A stretch of 63,932 bases of DNA, the filler included, from Ministeria vibrans ATCC 50519 (lineage: Eukaryota; Protista; Filasterea): assembly GCA_943704425.1 (NCBI GenBank). It is 9 parts of 9 records of this genome, joined end to end, with 100 filler letters (N's around TTAATTAATTAA, not from the genome) between each part and the next. Parts side by side here need not be neighbours in the genome. Positions count along the whole stretch, not along the records: positions 1 to 7,733 come from CALSCP010002601.1; positions 7,834 to 17,415 come from CALSCP010000038.1; 7 more parts are not named here. The stretch is one strand, 5' to 3'. The notes below the pieces were generated by a model. It saw only the letters and a list, made by a program, of their open reading frames with translations. It did not search any database and had not been told where the DNA came from. Of this stretch, positions 1 to 13,600 are shown one piece after another (the stretch's first letter is position 1; the number at the start of each line of letters is the position of its first letter). A program made the translations under genes and the position numbers.

Positions 1-82
<82 letters not shown>

Positions 83-98
83 AGAGAGAGAGAGAGAG
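1..98. repeat. (CA)n then (GA)n microsatellite, intronic in INTS5
   Basis: Directly visible dinucleotide runs. Confidence 0.98.
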
Positions 99-144
99 GT
101 TGACAAGGATGAGAAAAATGCGCAAGTTCTCGTTGTTTTCTTAC

Positions 145-2792
145 CGGAGGATACTCACGGAGGGCTGTGGCCGCCACACGAAGCACTGTGGCGACCTCCT
201 CGACGGTCATGGAGTGCATGAGCTCGCTGGTGCGCGCAAGCGGAAGCGGAATCCATTCTAATGCGCCCAACAGCTGCAAAAGCACCGTAACTGTTACGTT
301 TCATTGCAACGCAAGACTATATTAGGTTACTGTAAAGAGAGAAATGACATCGCGCAAGGACTGTGGGTGGACAACGCGGGCGAGGCGAAATGCGTGAAGA
401 GTGGTTTTCCATTGGCCAAAGCGCGACGACACCAGCGCCAGAAGCATTGGAGTGCACGACAGACACGACACGGCACTCGCTCTACAAATAAATATAGTAA
501 TAGTAAAACATCATTTCTTTATGATCCTTTAGGAGTACCTTGCGGCAATCTCAAGGACTTGGTAAAGGGCAGGCACACGAGTAAAAAGAGCGGCAACATG
601 CACATCATACTCGTGCTGCGAGCGCACTCCACGTCGGATGAGATCACAGTAGTGAGCAGCACTGCGCGGCTGTGAGTCGCTAGGCGAGCACACCCGACGT
701 ACCACAGTGCACAGCGTGTCCACACACGCCTTGACACTGCTATTACCACTACTACTGCTGCTACCGTTGTTGTTGTTGTGGTGCGACTTCGCATTGCTAC
801 ACGACGCCACACAGCACTGGATTGCTTCGAGAATGACGGCTGCTTGTATGTCTAAGTATATTAAAAAAGGTGTGAATGTCTTTGTTTCTTCTTTTGACAG
901 GATGAGAAAGAGTGACTACCTTCAAGAGAGGAGGACGCAGCAGAGGGTTTGGCGCGACGGCCAGCAGGGGTGGTGAAGGTACCGCTGTGAAGCAGAGGGG
1001 CATGCGAGGCACCGTCCAGTGCCGTTGCCAGGGGCTCGCGTCGAATGTCGAGCAGCATGGAGACACCTGAGCTGTTGCCTGTTGACACCACACTTTTCCC
1101 ATTGCTTGCATACGCGTCATGCTGGTCACTGTCGGATGGTAACACAAGCGTAGTGAGAAGCGCGTCAAATATCTGATGGCTATGATTGTGTTGGGCGAGT
1201 GCAGTGAGAATCAGACGCAGGGCATCGCAAGAACGCTCTGTCTGCCTTGCGGCGACATAGTTCACAATGACACGATCGCAGAGGGATGTGAGTCGGGCAC
1301 TGTCGTGCGGCTGGTATTGGATGGCGGTTGCTATGAGTCGCAGTGGTGCTGTCGCATGCGTAGTGGTGCTGGTAATCGCAGACTCGTAAAGGTTCTCATA
1401 GGCAGAGAAGAGGGCAAGAGACGAGTGGAGAGTTGCACGCACGAGGGCGAGTGCAGCGTCTGGGTGTGCCCTGGCGTCGCAAACAAACGTGTTGATGTTC
1501 GCGAGGAGACACAAGCTGGCAGTGCTGAGGGTCGGCGTCAGCATATCGGCCAGGGGAATGGCTTGTTCCAGGATGCGCGGGAAAGCGCCAGCATGTGAGA
1601 TGTGCAACAGATTTAATAGGGCAGCGAGTCGGTCGGCCGGTGGCTCACATGCGCTCAACAAATTTGCCAATGAGTCCACGGCAGAAGTGGGTTCGACACA
1701 CGAGAGTACGATGGGGTATAGCTGGTCGGAGGCAGAAGCGATAGATGAAGACCAGGCGGAGGGAAGGCGCCGCAATGTGAGTGTGTGAGTGAGTTCAGGA
1801 AGGAGTGCGTGCGCCGTGACAGGAGGCAGACGGTCCACACCAGAATCGCGCACGGGAGTGAGTAGAGTACCCACAAACAAATCGAGGAGACAATCTGACG
1901 AGGGCGCGCCTTGGTCGTGCAAACGTACCACACAGGAGGCAACATGTGCGAGCACTTTGGGATGTGAGGCGAACAATCGACGGTGCGTGGACAGACGTAG
2001 AATCTGAATGATTTTCGATGTAATACTCTCGCTGGCCGCAAGCTCGTCTACATGCCAGTGAGACAAGTGTTCCACAGCATGAGAAGCAAGCGCAAGTGCC
2101 AGTGAAGCAGATTCACGTGCGCAGCACAGTGCAAACTCAAGAGAGGAAGGGGAGGCATCGGCCGCTAAAATGGGGATCACCACGGAGGGTCCGCAGGCCG
2201 CCACCATTTGTGCCAGGCGACGCTCTCCATCATTTCTCGATACATCGGTGGGATCGCCGTCGTGACTCTCGTTCTGATGTTCGGCGACGAGAGGCCGTCG
2301 ACAAGCAACCAGAGCGGTGGTGAGCGAAGTGGCAAACTCGGTGGATTGCGCACACAGCGTTGCGACCAATGCGTCGGGTGATCGACAACTCTGTGGCGTA
2401 TGAGAATGCACGAGTGCCTCGGCAAGCGCATCAACGAGCTTGGGATCGCGAGAAAGCATGTCACAGACAGTGTGCGACACGAGCGCGAGCGTTGTCGACG
2501 AAACAGACGAGGAGGTGGTTGTCGAAAGCACCAGTGCCAAAAACAAGTCCACAGCAGCAACGCCCATCGACAAACAATGATCCACGGCAGTCTGAAGCGT
2601 GACAGTGCCATGATCGGCCGGCTTGCTCTCCAGCGAACCAACACACTGACGCTTAGTCGACGACGTTGTCGACGAAGAGAGTTTGCTTGGGACTGCGCTC
2701 AACGACAAAATCAGGGCAGTCAGTCCCTTCAAAGCGTCGTCCGTAGACGGGGCTTTTAAGACGCGCCTGAGGTCCTCACTGTCCCTTGACAT
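145..2792 (-). CDS. INTS5: Integrator complex subunit 5-like protein (multi-exon, 3' end beyond window)
   Basis: Long helical ORF 861-2792 continues by GT-AG splicing into exons encoding EYDVHVAALFTRVPALYQVLEIAA, SCLSCTPMLLALVSSRFGQW and WIPLPLARTSELMHSMTVEEVATVLRVAATALREYPP. These follow, in order, the INTS5 C-terminal motifs as I recall them (ERDLRI..F...PLLFELL.LVA; ALCYCSVLLRGLLA.L.GHW; LLPP.L....E.F..L.P.EV..LL..VW.FLREH.P). Confidence 0.6.
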
Positions 2793-3947
2793 GACAGAAA
2801 TGGGTGTTAATTAACTGACAACTGGGTGAACCAAATAATTTATTAAACTTTTTGAGGAAGGTTTCATTTTGGAGATTCTGGTCTCTATTCACAATTGACC
2901 ATCGTCCGTGATCACTGACGTGTTGAGTATGACTGATGAATGAATACACTGATCAGTGATCACTGGACACTGATGACTGCTGAGTATTGAGTGATCTCTC
3001 TTTTAAAGCTTTTCTCTCTCTTGCGGACACTTGAGTGCGGACGGGTTGTTATCAACAGCATTTGAGCGCAATATAAAAGTAACAAAAAAAAACTTGCAAT
3101 AAGCAATAATGAATAAACAACTAAATTTTTACCGTCTACTGACTGTACAGCATTCTGACTACCTGAGTCGCCTTTAACATATTCGTTTTGTTTGCGTTCT
3201 CGACCTTTTGGTAAGGGCGACGGCATTTTGATGTTTGTCTGCTCTGCACCGCACTGCTGCTGCCTGGGAGAAGGCGCAGCTGGCACGGCGCCTTCTTCCA
3301 TCATGCAAGGCGTGCCCTGGGATGGAAGTGGCCATGCTGGCACGGGCTGCGTGCCCGCTCCAGTGTCAGATCCGGTGCTGTGACGCAGCAACGCTCTATA
3401 AAGAAAAACCAGTGAAAAAAAAGCTCAAGTGCGCTGTTGTGTCCCTGCCAGTCTGTGAGGCTGTCGCACGCACGCTACTTCTCCCCCCTCCTCGCGTGTG
3501 GTCTCAGCGTCTTGTTTGTATGGACTCCCGTTGTTTTTTTTTTTTCTTTTTTTTTTTTTCTCCTTCGTCGTTTGCCGAGCAACCGCCTCACAACCGCACA
3601 CCGCTTGTCGGGCCAACGCTGCACCGGACCTGCTCCTCCGCTGCTACGCCATTGACGCTGCGCCGCGCAACCTGCGTGCGTTGCGGCGGTTGTGCCGTGG
3701 TTCTGTGCGAGAGACCGCTCTCTCTCTTCGTTTGTCGTTGCGTTGTGCTGAGCGTTTTTGCTATCGCCTTCTTCCCCGCCCCGCCCGCGCCCTTCCGTGC
3801 CTCCCTTCATGTTCACCTCTTCGATTTCTGTTTTTGTCCATGTATCCTCTGTGTCATGAAGTTCGTGTTTGGTGTCCGGACTATCTTGCTATTTGTTTCA
3901 TTTATTTTTTGCTTATCTTTATTCATTTGGACTGTGTAGAGAATACA

Positions 3948-4794
3948 ATGGAGTCGGCAGAAGAAGTTCGCGTAGATGACGTTGCTGTTGAAGACGAGCA
4001 ACAGTCGGATGAACACAAGGTTGATGCAGCGGTGGAGGTGAGCGAGGAAGAAGACGAGGACGGAGAGGAAGTGGAGGCGACGACAGTTGCGCCAAGTACT
4101 GCGACTGCGACTGCGACTGCGACTGCGACTGCGACTGCGACTGCAACTGCTGATACTGATGTAGCAGCAACGACACAAGCGGGAGAGGAGGATGAAGAGG
4201 AAGACGAAGAAGAAGAGGAGGAGGAGGATGAAAATGGATCATTGCCAACGGCTGCAGCGCAACTGTGCGACGAAGCAGCCGAATTGATCCAGGCGAAACA
4301 GTACACGCAAGCGATTCCGCTGTGCGAGCAGGCTCTTCAAATTGTCGAGGACGAGCTGGGTCCCGACGCCTTTGATGTATCGCGTCTTCTCAGTTACTTG
4401 GCCATGCTGTATCGCACAACGGGCCGCACCCAAGACGCCGCGGAGCTGTGTGAGCGAGCCATTGAGCTGCAAGAAATGCATCTGGGCGCCGATCACCCCG
4501 AAGTGGCCAACTCACTTAACAACTTGGCGCTCTTGTACAGCAAAATGCGCCTGCACGAGCGTGCACTGCCTCTTCATGAGCGCGCCATGGCCATCCGCGA
4601 GAAGGCCTTTGGCATTCTCAACGCCAAAGTAGGACAGAGCCTCAACAACCTCGTGGCAGTGTACGGAAACCTCGGTATGTACAAGGCAGCGGAGCCGCTC
4701 TGCCAGCGTTCTCTTGAAATCAAAGAGCACGCTTTTGGTCCCGACCACCCTCAGGTATAAAGAGTGCAGCGTTCTGAATTATTATTTTATTATA

Positions 4795-4853
<59 letters not shown>

Positions 4854-5581
4854 CATAATTATTATTATTGTTTTCGGTTTGTTTTTGTTTTAACCTAATA
4901 CTGAGAAAACTATTGACTGTTCATTTTTGTTAGGTTGCAACGACGCTTAACAACCTGGGGTTGATTTGTGATAGTCAACAGAAGCATTCGGAAGCAGAAC
5001 TACACTATGCGCGTGCTATTGAAATCTATGACACGAGTACCAAGGCAGACGCTGGCAGTCTGGCGGCTTGCCTCGAGAATCTGGCACACTGCTATGTGAA
5101 GCAAGACAAACAGGAGGAGGCTGAGCCAGTGGGTCATCGCCTCCTCGAACTCCAGGTCCAGCGCTTTGGTCTGGTTCACGGCGAAGTCAGTTTGGTGCTG
5201 CGAAATCTCGCGCGTATTTACCATCGTCAGGACAAATACGAAGAGGCTCAACAGGTTTAAGAATTATTATTGTGATTAAGTTTTGCAGAGCTTTTATAAC
5301 TTATTTTTTTCTTTCTTGTAGATGTACGAGTGTGCTATCAAGGTGCGTGAGAAGCTTGGTGCCACCAACTCGCCGACGTTTGTCAAGACACTCGCCAATC
5401 TGGCGCAAGTGTACGACAATCTTGACGCCCCTGAAAAGGCCGAAATGTCACGCCAGCGCATCCGCGAAGTCATTGACAACAGTGAATGGGGCGAGGAGGA
5501 GAAGCAGGCCTTGCGAGATATCTGCTTCCCTGACGTATCTGAAGTATGCAAAAAGAAACAATAATGATAATAATAATAATG

Positions 5582-5622
<41 letters not shown>

Positions 5623-6318
5623 CATTGACTGTGATTGTGTCTTAATTAGGCCTTTGAACAGTACAAAAATCGACGATTGGTCGGCGGAGGATCGTTTGTG
5701 CGACGGACTGGTTCGCTGAGAAAGGATAAGAAGCGAAAGGCCAGCAAGGGTGGTGACGACGGGGAGCAAGGTGCACAAGTAGGCCAGACACTGCTGCAAC
5801 GCGGTGCCTCGTACTTGTTCCGCCGAAAGAAGAGTGAAACGGGCGACGACCTTGCGAGGATGCAAAAAAAGAAGAGCACAGATGGTGCGAGCGGAACCGA
5901 GTTCCACGGTGCTGCCGCACCCATGCCATCGGATCCCCGTCGCGCCTCGAATGGCTCGGATTCGGCCGCCATTGCGAGCTCAGCCGAGCCCGGCCGACGG
6001 AGGAGCAACTCGTGGCTGGCACGTCGACGAGAGAAGAAGGAACGCGACACGGCCGAGCAGGCTGCCCAGGCACTGGCACGTGGCGAGGAGCCCAAGTCTC
6101 GCACGCGCAGCAACTCGTGGCTGGCGCGTCGAAAGAAGGCTCTAAACGATTCGGGGCGTATCGAGGCGGACCAGGACAAGAAGGCAAAGAAGCCCGCAAA
6201 GGCCGGCAAAACATGGTCGCAGCGTCTGTCGTGGAAGAGCAAGCCCAAACGCGCACCTCAGGTGGGAGCTGACGGGTCGCCGGCGGGTGGAGATGACAGC
6301 AAATTCGGCGACGATTAA
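3948..6318 (+). CDS. TPR-repeat protein of kinesin light chain/nephrocystin-3 type with acidic N-terminus and basic C-terminal tail (4 coding exons)
   Basis: 42-aa TPRs (LGADHPEVANSLNNLALLY; FGPDHPQVATTLNNLG). GT-AG introns at about 4755-4933, 5255-5321 and 5544-5649 keep the frame. Confidence 0.85.
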
Positions 6319-6436
6319 GGACGAGAAAAAATGAGAGTAGTAGTAGTAGTAGTAGTAGAGATAGAGAGAGAGAGGGAGAGAGAGAGAGAGAGAAGGACTT
6401 AATTATTGCTGAATGAAATACAATATTATTATATTT

Positions 6437-7718
6437 TTAATATCCATTGTTCAGGTGCGAGGGGGACACGAGTGCCTTGTCGTAGCGCTGAAACTCCATG
6501 GTGAAGGAGCCGCGTCCGCCAGTCATGGTGCGGAGAAACTTGCTGTAGCCCACCATAGTGGAAAGCGGTACTTGCGCGCGAATGCAGTGTGTTGTGATGT
6601 TGCTGGTGCCGCCCACGGCAAGGTCGACCGAGTGGATGGTCCCCGAACGGTGGGTGGTCACGTCGGAGAGAACATGACCCACATGCTCGTCGTCGCAAGT
6701 GATCTCAAGCGCCATGTACGGCTCGAGACGCGCCAGTTGACTACGCTTGAGTGCCACGGAAACCGCCTCAAGCACACACGCCTCAACAGCCGTCGGTGGC
6801 ACGTCAACACCCACATGAAGTGCCTCAAGCCTCACACGAGCAGCGCACAGAGGGAACCCCGTGACCACACCAAGCTCGCACGCGTTCTTCATGGCTTCAA
6901 TCGCCGCGTCGCGCGCCACAGCGTCCGCATCAGAGGGTACAGGCTCGCTCGTTTCGCTGTTACTGCTACTGTTATTATTGTTGTTGCTTGTCGTTATCTC
7001 ATTTGACTTTTCAGTCGGCGCCACTGCTGGTGCTGCTGCTACTGGTGCTGCTGCTCCTCCTGCTGCTGCAGGTGGTTGCTGATTTGCCTTCTTCTTCTGC
7101 TGCAGCTCAAATGCGTCGTAGACAATGGACTGATTTTCAATATCAAGCGGCTCGACGTGGATGGTGGCGGCCAGGTCGACTGCACGCCCACCCACGGTCC
7201 GGTTGAAGTTGTGCTTGACCTGCACTGGCTTGGTCGGCGTCTCGCGATAGCTCACCTGTACATCGCCAAAGAAGGCCTCGACAGCAAACTCACGTTTGAG
7301 TCGGTCCCGCACAATCTCCAAATGCAGCTCGCCCATGCCCGACAGAACCGTCTACCAAATAAAAGAAAAAAAAAAAACGGAAACCTGAGAATCACATAAA
7401 CATGTCCGATACAAGTGAGAGATGGAGAACCTGTCCGGAGTCCGGATCGACTTTGGCACGCAAGGAGGGATCTTCACGGAGCAAACTGCGAACGGCGTCG
7501 TCAAGGACACTCTGTGAGGCAGCGCCGTCCGCTTCGATGGTGCAGAAGAAGACGGGTGCCGGTGTGACGATGCCCTCGAGCACAGCGTGGGCCATCTCAC
7601 GTGGACGCGGGATCGCCTGCGTCAGAGTGTCGCCCGTATACGTCGCGTGCAGGCCCATCGCGACGCCAATGTTGCCCGCCTCCACCACATCGACTTCCTG
7701 GTACTCGCCACCAAACAA
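6437..7718 (-). CDS. GFM2: Mitochondrial elongation factor G2 / ribosome recycling factor 2, C-terminal part
   Basis: EF-G domain II-V motifs: AGNIGVAMGL..TYTGDTL, PVFFCTIE, LLREDPSL, GMGELHLEIVRDRL, QVSYRET, LEPYMALEI, VPLSTMVGYSKFLRTMTGGRGSFTMEF. The degenerate domain IV favours EF-G2. 5' end cut by contig end. Confidence 0.8.
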
Positions 7719-7733
7719 CTAAGACGAAAAAAA

Positions 7734-7833
7734 NNNNNNNNNNNNNNNNNNNNNNNNNNNNNNNNNNNNNNNNNNNNTTAATTAATTAANNNNNNNNNNN
7801 NNNNNNNNNNNNNNNNNNNNNNNNNNNNNNNNN
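7734..7833. other. Artificial contig linker (N44-TTAATTAATTAA-N44); identical linkers at 17416-17515, 20796-20895, 35368-35467, 45209-45308, 53405-53504, 57719-57818 and 59970-60069
   Basis: Same 100-nt structure eight times, with a six-frame stop cassette. Confidence 0.97.
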
Positions 7834-7835
7834 GT

Positions 7836-7926
<91 letters not shown>

Positions 7927-7931
7927 TGTAC

Positions 7932-10348
7932 CTGAACGAGGAACATGTTCCAGTGTTGTGCATAGGATCGCAGGTTCCGGCGTGTTGTGAGCTGCGAATG
8001 CCACAGTCACACTCACCTGAATTCACATAAGCATAAATGTTGTTAGTGAGTTCATTGTTGGTTCCGTAGTGCTAAAAGAGACAAGCCGAAGCGAGTTGTG
8101 AGTGAGTTGAGTTGCAACTTGAATTCGCGTTTGTGAGTGAGTGTGAGTGTGTGTGTGTGTGTGTGTGCGTGTGCGCATTACCTGATGATGTCCTGCACAT
8201 TTAATGTTATATGCAATGTTGTTGATGTACGTCATATTGGAACTTCCTTCGTCAGTGTAATACGCCCAACCTAAGCACAAGAAAGAGACGCAGCAGACAG
8301 AGAAGGGTTATTTTATAGATATGTCTTGAAGGAATGAATTGATTAATTGATTCCCTTCAAGTGAACTTGTGTGTCATAAATTGAGTGAATATAATTGAGT
8401 GAGTTGGGGTGTTGCAGTGCGTGTGACGGTACCTCCGTAGTTATAGGACTGCACATCATGACATATGTTATTGCCAATGACAGTGCCAGGTTGACGCCCT
8501 ATCAACGCATTTTGCAGTTATTAGATAGAGAGCAGAATAGGTGAACACGAGAGTAAAATAGTACCGAGAGTGTAAACACATCCCATGTCAGAAAGAGAGT
8601 TATTGCCAATGTGGTGAAAGTGATTGTAGAGCACCAAATTGTCATGGACAGATGTCTCAGCATAGCCCCAAGTCCAGCCCACCGAAACAGCAGTGTACCT
8701 ATATAGAAGGCATTAAAATAAAATATTTTATGAGGGTTTGCGGAGCTTCTACGGAACTGTCGTACTTGAAGTAGCGAATTTCGTTGTGAAGGATAGACGC
8801 ATAGGCGACCTGCTGTGCAAGCACGCCACATCCTTCCTGGTAGTAGTAGCCGCCGTCCTCAAGGAGATTGTCGGAAACGGAGCAGTTGAGGACGCGCAGA
8901 GCAACAGAGGGTTGCACGCCAGAAGCAGTGGGGCCCACACGCACTGCACCTGCGCCCGAGTCGAATGTGTGGGAGCGGGTGAGAGCGCACAGAGAGCAGC
9001 CAATGTCAAACCAAACGGCGTATCCGCCAGTGTGGGCGACACGCACTGAGTGCAGCGCAAAATGCACCGCGTGTCGCACATGCACTGTCGCGCTCGTTAG
9101 AAACGACGCACTCTGGCCATCGCAGCCGCCACTGAAGCAATCCCGCACATCCACCAGACTATACGCAAACGTGACATTCTCAAACAGAGTGTTGTGGATT
9201 TTCGCAGTGGGAGTGCCCTCCGCATGGACCAGCTCAACGAGACGCGGCACGGTGAAGACCATAGTAGGCGGGTGTTCGCCCGGCAGTGCCATGTAGCGCA
9301 ACTCATGTGTCACGCGATCGTAGTAGAATTCGCCAGGCGTGTCCAGTGCCTAAAACAGGTATAAGAGAGGCGCACCCGGTGTATGTGTGTATGTTTCTCT
9401 CTGTGCAGTTTGTGTGTATGTGCCTTTGTGGTGTGCGTATTTGTGGTGTGTGTGTCTTTGTGTTATGTGCCGTTGTGATGTGTGTGCCTTTGTGGTGTGT
9501 GTGTCTTTGTGGTGTGTGTGTCTTTGTGGTGTTGCGATTATCGTTACTTCAATGATGTTTTGGACGTAAAAGCGTTTGCCGGATGCGCCTCCTGCCCACT
9601 GTGTGTTGTACGGTGTGCGCAGAGTAATAGAGGTAGAGTTCATGCTTTGCACTTGGTGAATGCTCGCCGTCCACGACTCATACAACACAACCTATTGCAA
9701 AATATTACAATACAACCATCAGTCTTGATTTGGCGTATGAGTCCAAGTTCACCTCCATGTCGAAAATGTTGTGTGGATCCGACGTGGGGACTTGCCCTGG
9801 CGAATAACCAATTACAGTCGATGTGGCCCACGGGTAGACACTCAGCGGCGTGCGTGCACAGCCGCGTCGCTCGCCGTTGGCCCACAGTTGGCGAAAGTAA
9901 ACAGTGTCGTTTGGCAGAATGGCCCTCCAAAGGTTCTTCTTGGCATCCAGCAATGTAAAGTCTGTGTGTAGCACGCTGCCCCCGCTGATGATCACATTGG
10001 ATGATGTGGCCGGCGGTAGCGCAGCGTACGTCACGCCATACTGGCTGGAGTCTGCGAGACGGGCCGAAAACGAAATGTTTGTTTTGATTTTGATTGTGTT
10101 AATGTTTGTTTACCATCACTTGTGAAATTCAGAGCCTCCTTCAGCTCGTAGACTCCCTTGTCGATCCAGACGTTCATAGGGGCGGTAGCCGTGGGGAGAT
10201 TGGAGCGCACAGCGAGTTGTGCGCGCGAGATGGTCGCAAAAGGCGCATCGCGACTGCCGGGGTTTCCATCATGTCCTGAGGGCGACACAAAGAACTCGGC
10301 GGCGCGACCGACAGCTCCAAGAGCAAGTAGGATGGCCAACACTTTCAT
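7932..10348 (-). CDS. Secreted right-handed parallel beta-helix protein, GH141-like glycoside hydrolase (multi-exon, 3' truncated)
   Basis: Signal peptide MKVLAILLALGAVG. Motifs FFVSPSGHDGNPGS..PFATISRAQ.AVR, FRQLWANGERR..ARTP, ALDTPGEFYYD, YTAVSVGWTWGY, DMGCVYTLG-QPGTVI.NN..HDV.SYNYGGWAYYTDEGSS, all typical of bacterial beta-helix glycosidases. Confidence 0.75.
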
Positions 10349-10637
10349 TTGGATCAGTAAAATAATTGTACAATTCAATGAAGAGAGACTGTTCAGATCT
10401 AATTGAAAGATCAAAAGGAATTCTGAAGTTCGAGTCAGAAAAAAAAATTAGTAGTCAGTAGATAGTCATCCGGCGGCAGGGCGGTACCCGGCTACCCGCT
10501 GGACAGCGACGGATTTGATTCACAACTCTCTAAACACTCAAGTCTTAAGCCTTAAGTCACTCTTAACGGAAATTCAACTTATTTTGTCTTCTAACTTCTT
10601 GAACTCATTATTTTAAAACAAATTTGCATTTTGCACG

Positions 10638-13600
10638 ATGGCGCTGACTATGGGAAGGTCGGCAATGCTAAAGGAGGTGCAGGGCGAGTTTGGGATCGAT
10701 GGCCAGCTTGAGAATGCAGTGTGGGACAAGAGTTTCTCACTGAAGGGACTTCAGGTACAAATCGGTCGCTCTGTCGAAAAGCGGTCTCCACACGCTCCCT
10801 CGCTGACTCCTTCCGCCCCCACTCCGTAGGTGTGGCAGAAACGGTGCAGCAAGCCGTACCAGTGCCACCGAGAGTACAAGGTGAGACGCGTTAGCCCAAA
10901 AAGGAAAAAAAGCGAAAGCGTTCCGATGCGCTCCTCTCCTCCTCGCTTCACCGCCATACCCCTGCCAGCCATCCCATATCCTCTGCCATCCCTTCAAAAG
11001 TGGCTTCTTCCGTGCCGGCCCTCTTTTTTTTTTTTTTNNNNNNNNNNTTTCTCCTCACTCCCTTTCCAACCGACTTTAACGCTCTCTCGCCTCCGTCGCC
11101 TGTGCTCGCGCCCTCCCCACCCGCCACCGCCCTCCGTCGTGCATCCCTGCACCCCCCCATCCTCCCTCCCGGGTGCGTCGTAGCCGTCTGTGGCCGCAGT
11201 GCAACGACGCCAACGTTTGCGTTTTATTTTAGTCCACTGCACTTGCCCGTAAATGGCCGTTGTACGCCCCTTGTTGCGCCTCTGCTGCCCAACTCCGTGT
11301 TTGCAGGGGACGTCCAAGCACTGGGTTTGTCATCCGACTGAGTTTCCGTCCTTCCCTCCTCCGCTCTGACACCATCTATTTATTTTCGCTTCCACAAAAG
11401 CAAAAGTTTGCCAAAACTATTGCCATTTGACGTCTTTAACGTCCTTTTCGCGTGTGTTTTCGGCGCCTCTCATATCACTTCATTGTTACTCTACCACTTT
11501 GTCGTCTTTGAAGTGCCATTTAATGGCGATTGTGGTTGAGAGGATCTTTTTTCATGTTATTATTTTTTTTTTGTCTAATGTGTATTTTGGTCAACAGAAA
11601 ATATCGACGCCCGTTGCGACGTTGCGGCGACTTCTTGAGTCGTACCAGCTTGGCGAGCGGCAACGATGGGATCCACAGCTTATCGAGAGTGAGCTTATCG
11701 AGGAGCTGGGCCCCAACGAGCGGGTGGTGCGCCAGCTGTACCCTGGCTCGTCGCTTCATCGGTATGCACGCACTGCGTTGACTGTCGCTGCCGACTGTTT
11801 TGAACTTTTGATGTAGGAATCGTGAGTTTCTTGTCTTCGAGGCGGAAGTCGAAGAGGACGGCAAGATTTACTTCTTGCGAAAGAGTCTTGACGAGCACCC
11901 CAAAGCACCGAAAAAGGCCAAGCTTGTTCGAGTGGATCTCCAAGTATGCTTTTTTTTTTTGACCCAAGAGTATCCATACTGACGATGTTGAGGAACGTAG
12001 CTGTCTGGATTTATGATCTGGGAAGTGGAAGGAGACCCAATGTCGACCAACGTTGCCTTTCTGCAAAGGGTAAGAGAGTGTGTGCGTGCGACTGTACTCG
12101 GTGTGTATTGGCTCATATTTTGTTGTTAGGTTGACTACAAACTGCTCCACACTTCGCTGTTGTCGACTGAACAAGCATACGATCCTATTCTGCCACTCAT
12201 TGAACAACTCGTTCAGAAAATCCAACCTTGTAATAAGTGTTCCAATGTTCCTTATTCATCTCGCCTCATCGCTTGTTGTCTTGTGTGTGTTTGTAGTGGC
12301 TGAGGCTGCGGCCGAGGATGCTGATTCAGCCCAGTCACGGCAACCCATGTCGTCCGAACGCAAAGTGGCTAACATGCAACTGGCAAGGCGCGTCACGCAG
12401 ATCAGGTACTCAACGACAAAGACATTACAATAACAATAAAATTAAGAATGATTATAAAATAATTATTATTTTTATTATTATTATTATTAAACCTCGGGAA
12501 CTTGTCGCTCATTGTGTTTATTTATTATAGAAAATATGTGAATGAGGATACCCGCGCAAGGTGGTCTCGAGCTGTAAGACACGCACGACCTGCCTCTGGT
12601 CACAAACTCAATGAGTGTTGTTTTAGAGCTCTTCTGCACTGATTAACGAGACGCGCAGCTCACTATCGACAGTCGAAGGCGAATTCTACGTCAGTTTTAA
12701 CACCATTCTTGAGGTATATACTAAGAGAGGGAATGAATCCATTATGAAAAGTCTGAATGAATGACACTTGTGGATAGGACGCGCTCGCTCGAATGTACTT
12801 TGCACGGTTTCTTGAGACCGAGTACAACAGTGAGACACTCGAGTTTTACAACGCAGTTGAGGTAAAACTACACTTAGTGCTCTACCTTTTGTCGCATTTT
12901 CGTATTGTTTGTTTGTCTCTTAACCTATTGTGCCTCTTGTCTGTCTGTCTGTGTCTCGAATCACCGTTTGTTGTCTCACATCATGTCTTGACACTTTTTC
13001 AGTGTTTTCGTGATGCTTATGATTCCATGGACAACGATGAGCTTCTTGCCGAAGTGCAGCTGCTCACTGCCAAATACATCAAAGACGGTTCTCCTCGACA
13101 GGTATATACAGAAGACACACACAAGATTATTGATTGTTGTGTCTTTAGGTCAATCTGTCGCAACAGACACGAGACAGTATTATCCAAAGCTGCACATCCA
13201 ACGTAGGCATAGAGAGAGAGAGGAGGGAGAAAGAAACAAAGTGATTGAGAGGGAGGAACAAAGTAGAGCGAGTGTGTATGTATGTGTATGTATGTGTGTG
13301 TATGCATGTGTGTGTATGCATGTGTGTGCATTTATGTGTGTATCTTTTCTCCAGTATTAATTTGGTTTTAATGTTATGTGTAGGAGGACCGTCTTCCGTT
13401 GACTGTACTTGATCTTGCTCAACGCGCAGTGGTTGATTTGATGCTTCACGATCCTTACAGGTACAACATACACTTTTCTCAACAAAATTATAACAGTCAT
13501 GACAAGTAAACTCACACCCTATTATTTCTTGTGCGTGTTTCAAGGCGGTTTCTTGAGACTGAGTACTACGCTGACATGCTTGAGAATCTCAATGCCAAGA

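Noticed and set aside
2925-2985. Box C/D snoRNA or hammerhead-like CTGATGA motifs
   Set aside because: Too short, no terminal stem or GAAA core pairing; better explained by the TGA/TCA-rich promoter composition.
7778-7789. Recurring TTAATTAATTAA palindrome as a biological motif
   Set aside because: Always centred in N runs of fixed length; an artificial six-frame-stop contig linker.
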